Origin: a virus
Reading direction: 5' to 3' (one strand)
Length of the DNA: 64,000 nt
IMG/VR virus record: IMGVR_UViG_3300029288_006769
Coordinates: 250,367 to 314,366 of that record
Positions within the stretch are counted from its first letter, which is position 1; each line of letters opens with the position of its first letter. Shown here piece by piece: positions 9,503-19,690 of the stretch. Both the position numbers and the translations under genes were made by a program. The notes under the pieces were generated by a model. The model had not been told where the DNA came from and did no database searches. It saw only the letters and a program-made list of their open reading frames with translations.

Positions 9503-12500
9503 TTATGCCGTCGTAATCACAACTTCACCTAATGTCAGATATTCTAAACTTGTCGCATTTATATCAGATGCTCCTGTCTCACCGTTAACAACATAAGAAA
9601 CCGTGTATCTATGCAAAGAAGGTAGATCATTTTCAAGAGTAGAAATAACTATTTCACCATCAGAACCGATGTAAGCTTGTCCTGCTGCATTATCGACAGT
9701 GTTTTTATCCGTCACTAGAACTAATGGTCTATCGCTTTCAAATACAGCATAGAATCCATCGCCTGCACCATAACCAAGAGTTCTATGCAGTAATGCTCCT
9801 GATCCAGTAGAATATGAATAAACGACATTATGTTGAAATACTTGAAATGTAGAATTAATAATTTCTCTATTTATTTGCGTGTTATCAGCTTTTACCATTT
9901 TAGCCAAAGGCACTACTACTGATTTGACATTTGCAACTTCTTCTATTGTTCTTATGACATCACTTTGCGCAATTCCTTCACCAAGTTTTAATTTATTAAA
10001 TTCATTTGACAAAGCTGTTCTAATATCTGAAGTGGTCTGCAATACACTCGCTGTAGGTTTCAAAACAACAGAAATATCAAAATCGACTTTTGTTTCTAAA
10101 ACACCTTTTACAAGTGCATCTGCTGTCACATGTCTTGAAACATCTATTGCATCCTGTGCTATTTTTATCAGTGGATTTGTTTGATATGAAATAGTAAGAA
10201 TCTCACCATAAGAATATTCAACTTCAACTGTACTTCCATTTGGTATTGTCGAAGTCTTAGATCTGGCAAGTTGAACTTTTTTCCCATCTTCTTCTGGTGT
10301 CACTAGATAATCATTGTTTTTAAAAAAAGTTGTCGTACCTTGTCTCACTATTATAGATTCTGTATCTATGCCATATCTGCTCAATTCTCTATATTCATTA
10401 TTGACCATCACTAGATTTTCTGTGCCACTTGCTAAAGTACCTACCGGTATACCATTAGCATAATTAATCTTTACTGATCTTGTTGCTTTACTTGAATTTC
10501 CTTCTAACAGTATATCGTCGACTTTGTTAAGCGAATAATTGATATCAGGTTGTAATGTTCCACTCACAGAACCTACGACAGACAAAATTTCGTCTACAGG
10601 TTGTGTTGCAAGTATTATTGGTGCACTGTCTCTGTATCTATAAGTACTAGAAATCAAATCTCCTATAGCCATTGAAATACTTGAATTTATTTCATTTGTA
10701 GATTCTAAATCTATTGTCAATCCATCATCCCCAATAAGCATGCTTTCAACAAGATTGCCATGAGCAAGATTAGCTATTGTCTCCCCACCTGTAGAAGTCA
10801 GTACTAATTCATTCAGCACATGCACTATATATTGATAACTTGCTGTCAAACTGTCTCCGGGTTCCAAACCAGAACCATAAAGATGAAGTGCTCCATTTAA
10901 AACATTTAAAGTATAGTCAACTCCATCTTCAAGAGCAACACCATTTTTGCTAATCAAATAAGATTTTTTAGCAACAGGAATGTGGTCCAAAGCAAAATCG
11001 ACTTCTCCACCTAATGCTGGATCTATTATGATTTCATCATCAATTTGTATTTTATAGTCGTATGTAGCTGTTATCACATCACCAACAATTAATGCATGTT
11101 CAAAAGCAATTGCTCCTGTTTCCAGATTAACTGTTACTTCTGTCTCTTTTTCTAAATCAGTTCCATTTTTCTTTATTGTCCAATTGCCAAGCAAATCATA
11201 ATTTCTACCTTTTGTGATATTTCGAATATTTGAAACTTCATAAATAGGAGTGTTCTCAGTTACAGCTGAATTAGTTGTTCTAATAATCATTTCGCTTGCA
11301 TCAACAACATCAAAATTATCATTAACAACTTGTGTATAAAGAAAACCTACCTGATCTTGTGTTTGAGCATTCTCTCCACCACGTATATAAATATCAACTT
11401 TACCATATACATGTTTTTTACGAACTTCATCATAATCTCTTTGCATCATTGAGTCACCAGCTGTAACTACAATGACATCTCTGATTCCTGGGATTTGAGC
11501 ACAGGTCTTTTTATACCCATAAACTGTGCCTACATCGAGCCCAAGAAAAGCTAATTGTGCTCTATCAGCTAAATCTGAGTTTGATTCCTCATCTTCACCT
11601 CCAAAGGCCGATTCTGTATTGGTAACTGACACGCCAGCAATGTTAGAATTTATGATTGTATTGGCATTAACATTACCCGTTGCACCTGGCTCGACGGCCT
11701 CTATCGGAATCGTAAGTTCATATTGACGGGTTATTGAATTGTAATATTCTTCTATTCTTGCAACTTCCATTATACCACTCGACAATGTGCTAAACTGTAT
11801 AGCAGCTTGTGTTTCTGTCGGAGTCGTACTTACAACTTCACCAAGCGGTATATTGATATCAGCTGTCGGTGCTGTTGGCGTATAGAAAATTATATGTGTC
11901 GTAGAATTGGTTGCACCCTGTCTTATAAATCCATAATTAGAAGCTAATGCATCAAAAGCATCATCAATAAGTTCTTGTACTTGACTATCATCTGCGAAAA
12001 AATATGCTTGTTTTAATATAGTTTTATATGTCGAATCTGCAACGGAATCTGAAACTCCATCACTATCAGCATCGTCTAAAGCTCTTAAAGCTAGAAACGA
12101 CTGAGATCGCATTGCAAAATCTTCTCTGATATATGCCCAAGACATTTCTCTACTATTTGGATCTACATGCAATTGTCTTATTGTACTTCCTGGTTTTACA
12201 TCAAGTAGAGGGTCACGCTCAAGAAGTTCTGTTATGTAATCCAAACTTATATCATTTTGTGACCTTGTCGGTGTTTCTACAACTTCAGTTGGAATAACAA
12301 GGGGTGTTGCTTCAACCTCAATCGAAAGTACACTTTCTTCTCCAACATTATTGACAGCAGTTACGATATAGTATTGTTTTTTCTTTTCAGTTATATTTTC
12401 ATGGGTATATTTATAGACATAGACTTCGACAATTTGGTCGACTGTAGTTGTCGTTCTTGTTGCGCCGCTAATTACAACAGATTGTTGTGAACTTAAAACT

Positions 12501-12694
12501 TCTTGTCTTACTTCACTATATGTCTCTATTAAAGAATTATTTAATTTGACATAACCACTTAACCCACCACCTGATGTTGTCGAATTATAAACATTGTAAC
12601 CTTTTACATCAGGTTCAGAGTTCTTTACCCAACTTATTTCGACTTTATTGCTAAAAGCAACGACAGATAAACCAGTAGGAGGAGAAGGATACAT
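9503..12694 (-). CDS. Large virion structural protein (1063 aa) with an N-terminal fibronectin type III-like domain
   Basis: N-terminus 'PPTGLSVVAFSNKVEISWVKNSEPDVKGYNVYNST' is FN3-like. Long beta-rich remainder. 2-nt gap to the downstream gene. Confidence 0.75.
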   Translation of the reverse strand: MYPSPPTGLSVVAFSNKVEISWVKNSEPDVKGYNVYNSTTSGGGLSGYVKLNNSLIETYSEVRQEVLSSQQSVVISGATRTTTTVDQIVEVYVYKYTHENITEKKKQYYIVTAVNNVGEESVLSIEVEATPLVIPTEVVETPTRSQNDISLDYITELLERDPLLDVKPGSTIRQLHVDPNSREMSWAYIREDFAMRSQSFLALRALDDADSDGVSDSVADSTYKTILKQAYFFADDSQVQELIDDAFDALASNYGFIRQGATNSTTHIIFYTPTAPTADINIPLGEVVSTTPTETQAAIQFSTLSSGIMEVARIEEYYNSITRQYELTIPIEAVEPGATGNVNANTIINSNIAGVSVTNTESAFGGEDEESNSDLADRAQLAFLGLDVGTVYGYKKTCAQIPGIRDVIVVTAGDSMMQRDYDEVRKKHVYGKVDIYIRGGENAQTQDQVGFLYTQVVNDNFDVVDASEMIIRTTNSAVTENTPIYEVSNIRNITKGRNYDLLGNWTIKKNGTDLEKETEVTVNLETGAIAFEHALIVGDVITATYDYKIQIDDEIIIDPALGGEVDFALDHIPVAKKSYLISKNGVALEDGVDYTLNVLNGALHLYGSGLEPGDSLTASYQYIVHVLNELVLTSTGGETIANLAHGNLVESMLIGDDGLTIDLESTNEINSSISMAIGDLISSTYRYRDSAPIILATQPVDEILSVVGSVSGTLQPDINYSLNKVDDILLEGNSSKATRSVKINYANGIPVGTLASGTENLVMVNNEYRELSRYGIDTESIIVRQGTTTFFKNNDYLVTPEEDGKKVQLARSKTSTIPNGSTVEVEYSYGEILTISYQTNPLIKIAQDAIDVSRHVTADALVKGVLETKVDFDISVVLKPTASVLQTTSDIRTALSNEFNKLKLGEGIAQSDVIRTIEEVANVKSVVVPLAKMVKADNTQINREIINSTFQVFQHNVVYSYSTGSGALLHRTLGYGAGDGFYAVFESDRPLVLVTDKNTVDNAAGQAYIGSDGEIVISTLENDLPSLHRYTVSYVVNGETGASDINATSLEYLTLGEVVITTA

Positions 12695-12696
12695 CT

Positions 12697-14187
12697 TTAA
12701 CCCTTTGTCTGTATTGATTCGACTGCAGGTACCAACCTGCCTGCTTGTGTTACTACATTGACATTTGCGATAAAAAGAGTAGGAACTGTAATATTTTCTT
12801 GAACATCTATTTTTTCTATGATGTCTATAAATTCATTTCCTGTCATTTTTTGATACTCTTCCTGTTGAATCTGTAAAGACTTCAACTTTGAAAGAGCAGT
12901 CACAATTTCATCTGTTATTTTTGTCTTAGTTATTTCAGGAAACATTTTACTACCAATAAGATTATTAAAAGTAGTCCCATACCATGGTGCAACAGGATCA
13001 GAGCCTAAAGTCGTTTTTATTATCTTTTTAAGATCTTGTAGAAGTTTCTGTTCGTCTCTTACTTTGATGTAATTACCTAATTTATCAACTACATAATCTA
13101 TCATGTCAGAGTAAACAGAACATTTATCGCAGTATGTGGATGATACATAATAATCTACAGAAATTCTATCGGGCTCATAACTAGCTTGATAATAATAAGA
13201 TACCGTTACAACATCCGTCGTTTTTGGAATCTGATATAATGTAATTTCACCATCTTCACTTGATATTTTAGCTATAGGAATTCTTACACCATTGATATAG
13301 ACAAGTGCTGCATTGTTTAATGTCTCATCTGGTGTTGTACTAAAATTTTGAAATATTGGCAAAAGCGGATAATGCAATGTTTGAAAAATTTTCTCGACAC
13401 CTGTAAATTGTGATGAAACATTTTCATTTTGAACAAAAAATCTATCTGTATTCATTTCTTTATAAAACACAATATCTTGCGATCTTTCAATCATTGCTCT
13501 TTGTGAGTTTTCAATATGCCAACCGCAATCTTGCATGCTATAATAAGCTATGTAAACCTGTTGTCCTGTTTTAGGTGTTTCTTTAATTATTATTCTTGCT
13601 TGAGTCGCATCCAAAAAAACTACTTTGGCCCTATAATAGTATGTTATTGTTACTACATCAGTAATTTCAGGAATTAAAGTAAGAGTAATTTTACCTGTTG
13701 TTGCATCTACACTTGTTATCTGTTCCGTCAACAATTGTAATCCATTGATCTTTACTTGCACATCGCTAGTCTGTACAAAACTGTTAAAATCAAATTCATC
13801 AAATCTTAGAATCGGACGTGCTTGCGTATAAAAAAAGTTATCAACTCCTGTAAATTGTCCAGAAACATCTTCATCTTCTACTTTGATTCTTACTACTACA
13901 TCGTCAAATCTTGTTGCTCTCTGATTGGCTTTAAGTCCATTGAAAATAGGTCCATGTGCTACATAGAAACTTTTATTTGTTCCATTTACTTGACTACTTA
14001 CATTTTCACGTAAAAGTATTTCAGTTTGTTGTTCTTTCTCGAGTTTAAAATCATTTACCCTGACAACAACATTTGAACTCGTTATAGGTACGCCCAAAAT
14101 GACGGTTTTAAGATCATCTTCAACTATATGGTCATCCCAAACAACCTTATTGTCACAAGTACCTGTCAGTCTAAAATCATACGACAT
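12697..14187 (-). CDS. Structural protein (496 aa) built from about 3 copies of the 'N(E)DVSxQFTG...P(I/L)' beta-sandwich module that also occurs in the sheath
   Basis: Repeats 'ENVSSQVNGTNKSFYVAHGPIFNG', 'DEDVSGQFTGVDNFFYTQARPILRF', 'NENVSSQFTGVEKIFQTLHYPLLPIF'. Confidence 0.7.
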   Translation of the reverse strand: MSYDFRLTGTCDNKVVWDDHIVEDDLKTVILGVPITSSNVVVRVNDFKLEKEQQTEILLRENVSSQVNGTNKSFYVAHGPIFNGLKANQRATRFDDVVVRIKVEDEDVSGQFTGVDNFFYTQARPILRFDEFDFNSFVQTSDVQVKINGLQLLTEQITSVDATTGKITLTLIPEITDVVTITYYYRAKVVFLDATQARIIIKETPKTGQQVYIAYYSMQDCGWHIENSQRAMIERSQDIVFYKEMNTDRFFVQNENVSSQFTGVEKIFQTLHYPLLPIFQNFSTTPDETLNNAALVYINGVRIPIAKISSEDGEITLYQIPKTTDVVTVSYYYQASYEPDRISVDYYVSSTYCDKCSVYSDMIDYVVDKLGNYIKVRDEQKLLQDLKKIIKTTLGSDPVAPWYGTTFNNLIGSKMFPEITKTKITDEIVTALSKLKSLQIQQEEYQKMTGNEFIDIIEKIDVQENITVPTLFIANVNVVTQAGRLVPAVESIQTKG

Positions 14188-14740
14188 TTATGATACCCTG
14201 CATATAATTGTTAAGATCTTCAGTAGTCTTGAATAAAACAGTAGAATGCTGATTTGTAAATAATGATTCAATCTCGTTTATCAAAGCTGTTGTCTGACTT
14301 TTTGCTATAGATTTTCTGTCTATGCTCTCTTTTGCCTGTTCTATTGCATCAAGTAGTTTCTTCATCTTGTATTCATTACGTTCAAGTTTATACTTTATAG
14401 TTGAGATAAATGGTTTCTTGACTTTTGCCATGATTTCAGCTGATAAACTGTCATCTTGTTTTGGTACCTTAATTACATCGGGCAAATTTGTCGTATAAAG
14501 TGAATTTAAAGCATCACCACCAAAATATGAATCAGCTTCGCTAAACCTCATTAGTGTTTGTTTAAGATTATCCATTTCAACATACAAATAATTTATCTCG
14601 TCATCTATGTCATTTATTTGGGCTTCAAGAAAATTTCTAAGTTCTTGAAGTTGTGGTGAACTCAATGTGCCCAAAAAGTTAAATGCCATGCAAATACCAA
14701 TCAGATAAAAAGTGTAGAAAATAAGTTTTCTGTTATACAA
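14177..14740 (-). CDS. Signal-peptide/TM-anchored coiled-coil protein (187 aa); the start codon appears to be TTG
   Basis: Hydrophobic N-terminus 'LIFYTFYLIGICMAFNFLG' followed by a charged helical region. The codon at 14740 reads TTG, preceded by a GGGGAG SD. The next in-frame ATG would remove the TM segment. Confidence 0.55.
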   Translation of the reverse strand: MYNRKLIFYTFYLIGICMAFNFLGTLSSPQLQELRNFLEAQINDIDDEINYLYVEMDNLKQTLMRFSEADSYFGGDALNSLYTTNLPDVIKVPKQDDSLSAEIMAKVKKPFISTIKYKLERNEYKMKKLLDAIEQAKESIDRKSIAKSQTTALINEIESLFTNQHSTVLFKTTEDLNNYMQGIINVV

Positions 14741-14830
14741 TGCTCTCCCCGACTACAAAGGTCAATGAGCATTTTGAAGAGAATGTAGTCTTGCGTGTTA
14801 TAATAGAATGGGTAATAAAAACATTAGAAA

Positions 14831-17800
14831 TTAACCAAAAAACAACTTAAGAGCATCACCTAGACCTGGTGTTCCATAAGCAAACATTGCACCAGCCGTA
14901 TAAGCTGTAGAATCACTTTCTGGTCCATTTGTTGCATTTGAAATACTTGTCTTCAAATACTCATTACCACCACGACCATACGGAATTCGAAGGAAATAGA
15001 GGTCAGGTAAAGCAAAATCTTCGGTGATAACAGTTAAAAAGGATTTTATAGTCAATAAAAGATTTTTTAGAGAATCGATTTTTTTCTGCAACAAATCAAT
15101 AAAAGATGTTATTGCTGTGCTCATTTTTTCAGTTCCTGCAAGTAATGAATCCATTAAATTTTGCATGATCTTCATTATTTCTTCGATTTTTGGAAATAGC
15201 CCAAGAGCAGAAAGCCTTATAGATGACCAGTCGGGCCATACCTTGGGTGAATATCGAGGAAATGTTTTTGAATATCCATCGCATCTCTGTTGCATCATTC
15301 CATTTTGACAGGAAATAGGATCCCAAAAATCTTTAAAAGCAATATCTTCTGGTTGGAAATCTTTAATTCCCCCGGAAATCGTCAATTGTCTACGTTGAGA
15401 TTTATCAGGGTTGGTACATTCTCTCCCATTATTGTAATAACAATTTGCATTGTCATAACCTGGGCATAAAGTTTCCCCTGCATCACATTTCGCTATATCA
15501 AAAAAATACCTGCTATACTCAGGTCTGACACATTTGAAATAGTCTTCATTTTCGAAGTCAGGATAAAAATTATACGTCGCTTTAAGTTTTGTTCCTGGAC
15601 GTCTATTAACTTTAATTCTTCCATCTTTATCATTAAGAACCATAACATCTTTACTTGGAACTAGACTTGTTCCTTCATAAATTTCCGCACTTGACGAATC
15701 GATTGGTTTTTTGCTTGTAAGAAATGTCTGATCTGAAAGATCCGTTCCTCCCAAAATGACAGGTTCTTCGAAATATTCTGTTTTTAAATCTTTTTTATAT
15801 TTGTATGTAATTTTCAATGAATCTTCAGATTTAAAATAATAACGTGATTTTATATAAATCATACTAGTAGTTGATTCATATGATTTTACATCTGGATTTT
15901 CTGGGTTGCTTTTAGGCTTATAATCAACACGATATGATGAAGGATTTGCAGTAAATTCGTTTCCATTTCTTGTAATTTTTATTTTTACTGTTCCTGCAAT
16001 AGGAGTGTTACCTATGATGATAAATTCAGGTGCTGTTATTGAAGTGATTCTATGAAATTCTATTGCATCTTTTTCAAATCCACATCTGAAATTTCTACAA
16101 CGAGCAAGTCCCCCTTTGACTTCTAATGACACACTCAAAGGCATGGCAGAAGCTTCATTGCTAAGCAAACCCATAGCCACAATTCCTGTTTCAGACATTG
16201 TTCTTGGGTTTATTTCGGTTTCTACTGGTTTTAATGTTTTGGGATCTACAGTAGAAACAATTTTCTTATCAAAATCTGTTGTCAAAATTTTCTTACTAAT
16301 AATAGATTGATAATTGCTAACTGTGTTTGTATAACCGGCAGCAACTACATAATAATAAGACTTACCATTTTCAACTTGTTTATCCTCATACGCGAAACGT
16401 AAAGGGTCTCCATTTAAAGCTGTTTTTGAAAGTTCTTTTACTGCATAACCTAATTCACCCAACAAAGTTTTTGCATTGTCTTCATCTACTCCAAGGATTG
16501 TACCAATCTGTTTTAATACATTAGTAATTCCTATGAGTTCATAGCTTCTCAAAGGATTTCCATTTTCATCATGACATGGATAAACTCCAGTATCATCTTT
16601 ATAGGTAACAAAATCTCCTCCCTGAGTTTCACTTCTAAAGATAAAATATTCTTTAGGTAATGTTGATGTACTCGGAGTAAATGTAACTCTAACTTGTTTG
16701 TTTCCAGCAAAACAAGAAGTATTAGAGGGTGGCTCAAATGCTACTTTAAAAGGACTCTTAAATAATTTCATGAGTTTTTGAATCGATCTTATAAAAGTAG
16801 CTATGTCATCTGGTCCTATTGTTCCAGAATCAAACATCATAACGTAACCGCCAACCATAGCATTATCTGAAAACTGAGGTCTATTACCATCTCCGGGATC
16901 ATCAAAAGAACCAACAAGTTTTGAAACAAAAGATGAATATCCTCCCTTAACACAATCAAACCAACTTGGATGACTTACGTCAAAAATATTGTATTTCTCC
17001 TTGGGCATATTCCTGAAATATTGAGGATATGCAAAAGGATTAACGCCAAGTTGCCCAGGCATTATATAAATTGCATAAAGTCCAGTAGAAGACAGATCAT
17101 TAATAAAATCATCAATTGTCTTTTTTATCTGATCAAGCAATATCTTCATAGGATCTTGAATATCGATTATGAACATTTTTATGATATTCAAAACTTCAGT
17201 TACAAATTCAAGACCAGATACCAAAGGATCTATTATTGTAGTAAGTGATGTAGCTATTGTATAAATCTCTTTGGGTATCCAAGACTCAGTATTAATTTTA
17301 TCCCAAGATAGAACAGCTGGAATCACTGTTCCCTGTAAAGAAACTTCTACAAGCGGATTTAAAACATCATTAGAAAGAACTCTCAGTGTTCCTGTTAGAG
17401 TTTCAAGATCATGTGGTGCAAATGTTATGTCCAATGAGGTATACCCCTGTATATCTACATGTCCTGATTCCGGTTGTACAGAAAAACTTGGGGGTCTTCC
17501 AGGCCTTAATGGGTTTCTTACAGAAGCTGTAAAAGAAAGAATTTGAGTCCCTGAATTAGAAACAATAGCTGACAATATCTGAGAACCACCTACTGGTACT
17601 TCGCTAAATTGCAATGTTGTAGGTGAAATTGTAATTTTAGGCGAATTAATCCCTGTACCTGTTTCTTGTATTAAAATTACAGGTTTATCTGGATCATTAG
17701 TGTTTAAAGTTATTGTTCCAAGATATTGTTGCAATGCTTCAGGTCTAAACAAGACAGTAAAATAAGAAGATGTATTTGGATTTACAGTAAGACTATCTTG

Positions 17801-19471
17801 CAAAGCTTGAAATATTGTTGAATTTGATGAAATAGAAAGCTCTAAATTTGCTCTTCCCGTATTTCTAACTGTTACATTACCTGTTTTAGAATCTCCTATG
17901 ACAGTCGACCCAAAATCTTGTGCTACTGGAGTATATTCAATAGAAGGATATGCTCCAAAACCAGAAAGTAAAATAGAAATATCAGGTGAATCAGGATCAT
18001 TATTAATAAGATGTACATGACCTGTTTTTAATCCTGTCGTATCAGGAATGAATGTGACCTGTAAATTGCCACTACTCTTAGGTTCTACTTCTAAATTAGT
18101 TTGATCTACAATAAATAGAGAACTCGTCGACGTAATGCTAGAAATAACAAGTTTCCCGAGTCCTAAATTTGTTATAGAAACTGAAAGATTTGAAGGCGTT
18201 GCAACAGCTGTATTGCCAAATTCTAAAGATGTTGGTTGAACAGATATATCAGGATTTACTCCCACGCCTTGAGCAAAAATTTCTACAAGAGGATGTTCCA
18301 AATCATTAGAAACTATTCTAAGTAGACCTTCTTTTCCCCCTATAACCGTTGGCAAAAAAGTAACATCTATAGTTTTAGATGATGTAACTAATATAGGAAA
18401 GATTTCGTTTATAGAGAAAACAGAATCTGTAATTTGTATATCATAAATAACAAGAGTAGTTAATGAGGTCAAATTTTGAATAGTCATTGATAATGTTTTA
18501 TGTTGATCTACAGCTGAATTTCCAAAATCAAGAACCGATGGAGAAACTCTAATTGAAGGAATAACAGCTGTCCCTTGTAAGTCTACATTTTTAATTTGAG
18601 TAACAGGATCATTACTTGTTATAGACAAACATGCTGTGATTATGCCATTAATTATAGGTTGATAAGATATATTTATGCTTAAAAATTCACCTGGTGCAAC
18701 TATACCACCAGCAGGTGACGCTGAAAAAACAGCATTATTGGACGATATTCCAGTAACATTCAAATCGACAACGCCTTCATTGAAGATTTGAAAATTCTTT
18801 GAAAGAACCTGGCCAACCGAAACACTTCCAAAATCAATTAAATTTGTTGATGTTAAAATAATGGGACTAGCGATACCAGAACCAGTAAGATTGATAGTAA
18901 TTATAGGTTGCGTCTCATCATTGCATGAGATAGTAAGTTGTCCTGTTTGTAAAGAAATATCTAACGGCGTAAATGTTGTAAGTATTTGTAAAGCTCTTTC
19001 TTTTGTAAGTTTATATTCAGTTATTGCTTCAGAAAAAACTGGATTTGAAGTTGTTACTGAACTTAATATGAGATTGACATCTACCGGGCTTATGTTAGAT
19101 ACTAACACAGTTTGTTGACCTGAACTATGCAATGCAATATTGCCAAAATTTAAACTTATTTTGTCAACATAAATTCCTGCTGAAATAGAAATGCCATTCA
19201 ATTGGACATTAACATTGCCCTCAGAACTAACTAAAAATAATGTCTCTACAAATGTGTCTATTGTTGTCGGCATAAAGGACACATAAAGCATTACACTTTC
19301 ATTAGGGATTAGCGTTATGCTGCTTGACGAGACACTAAAACTTGGACTTGATGTAGTTATAGATACAACAGTAGAAACCACCCCTGTGTTTGTAACTATT
19401 AAAGAATCTTGTTTTGTGTCATTATATGATAAGACACCAAAGTCAATTATTGACTTGTTCGTTATTATCAT
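14831..19471 (-). CDS. Giant protein (1546 aa): about 700 aa of tandem Ig-like (ASH/PapD-like) repeats, then a large globular C-terminal region
   Basis: Repeated pattern '..LDFG.V.VG......F.I.N.G...L.V..I..S...F......' about 7-8 times. Long uninterrupted ORF. Confidence 0.75.
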   Translation of the reverse strand: MIITNKSIIDFGVLSYNDTKQDSLIVTNTGVVSTVVSITTSSPSFSVSSSSITLIPNESVMLYVSFMPTTIDTFVETLFLVSSEGNVNVQLNGISISAGIYVDKISLNFGNIALHSSGQQTVLVSNISPVDVNLILSSVTTSNPVFSEAITEYKLTKERALQILTTFTPLDISLQTGQLTISCNDETQPIITINLTGSGIASPIILTSTNLIDFGSVSVGQVLSKNFQIFNEGVVDLNVTGISSNNAVFSASPAGGIVAPGEFLSINISYQPIINGIITACLSITSNDPVTQIKNVDLQGTAVIPSIRVSPSVLDFGNSAVDQHKTLSMTIQNLTSLTTLVIYDIQITDSVFSINEIFPILVTSSKTIDVTFLPTVIGGKEGLLRIVSNDLEHPLVEIFAQGVGVNPDISVQPTSLEFGNTAVATPSNLSVSITNLGLGKLVISSITSTSSLFIVDQTNLEVEPKSSGNLQVTFIPDTTGLKTGHVHLINNDPDSPDISILLSGFGAYPSIEYTPVAQDFGSTVIGDSKTGNVTVRNTGRANLELSISSNSTIFQALQDSLTVNPNTSSYFTVLFRPEALQQYLGTITLNTNDPDKPVILIQETGTGINSPKITISPTTLQFSEVPVGGSQILSAIVSNSGTQILSFTASVRNPLRPGRPPSFSVQPESGHVDIQGYTSLDITFAPHDLETLTGTLRVLSNDVLNPLVEVSLQGTVIPAVLSWDKINTESWIPKEIYTIATSLTTIIDPLVSGLEFVTEVLNIIKMFIIDIQDPMKILLDQIKKTIDDFINDLSSTGLYAIYIMPGQLGVNPFAYPQYFRNMPKEKYNIFDVSHPSWFDCVKGGYSSFVSKLVGSFDDPGDGNRPQFSDNAMVGGYVMMFDSGTIGPDDIATFIRSIQKLMKLFKSPFKVAFEPPSNTSCFAGNKQVRVTFTPSTSTLPKEYFIFRSETQGGDFVTYKDDTGVYPCHDENGNPLRSYELIGITNVLKQIGTILGVDEDNAKTLLGELGYAVKELSKTALNGDPLRFAYEDKQVENGKSYYYVVAAGYTNTVSNYQSIISKKILTTDFDKKIVSTVDPKTLKPVETEINPRTMSETGIVAMGLLSNEASAMPLSVSLEVKGGLARCRNFRCGFEKDAIEFHRITSITAPEFIIIGNTPIAGTVKIKITRNGNEFTANPSSYRVDYKPKSNPENPDVKSYESTTSMIYIKSRYYFKSEDSLKITYKYKKDLKTEYFEEPVILGGTDLSDQTFLTSKKPIDSSSAEIYEGTSLVPSKDVMVLNDKDGRIKVNRRPGTKLKATYNFYPDFENEDYFKCVRPEYSRYFFDIAKCDAGETLCPGYDNANCYYNNGRECTNPDKSQRRQLTISGGIKDFQPEDIAFKDFWDPISCQNGMMQQRCDGYSKTFPRYSPKVWPDWSSIRLSALGLFPKIEEIMKIMQNLMDSLLAGTEKMSTAITSFIDLLQKKIDSLKNLLLTIKSFLTVITEDFALPDLYFLRIPYGRGGNEYLKTSISNATNGPESDSTAYTAGAMFAYGTPGLGDALKLFFG

Positions 19472-19682
19472 GTTTAAGTCCCGTTTGTAATTGTTTCATT
19501 TTATTTCTGAGTTCTTCTAATTCTGGTCCTTGTTTCAAAACACCCATTGAACATAAACTTTCAATTTTAGAATTTATGTCCTGCAGTTCTGAAACTACAA
19601 CACCATTCACTAATGTCTCTAAACGCTCAGCAAGAGAGTTTTTCCCTTTCTCTCTTTTTTCCCATTGCAAATTTTCAGTCAT
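19443..19682 (-). CDS. Small coiled-coil protein (79 aa) filling the gap between two giant genes; it overlaps the 1546-aa gene start by 29 nt
   Basis: It occupies a 219-bp region that would otherwise be intergenic. Heptad-like sequence 'ELEELRNKMKQLQ'. Confidence 0.4.
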   Translation of the reverse strand: MTENLQWEKREKGKNSLAERLETLVNGVVVSELQDINSKIESLCSMGVLKQGPELEELRNKMKQLQTGLKHDNNEQVNN

Positions 19683-19690
19683 ACATATCC

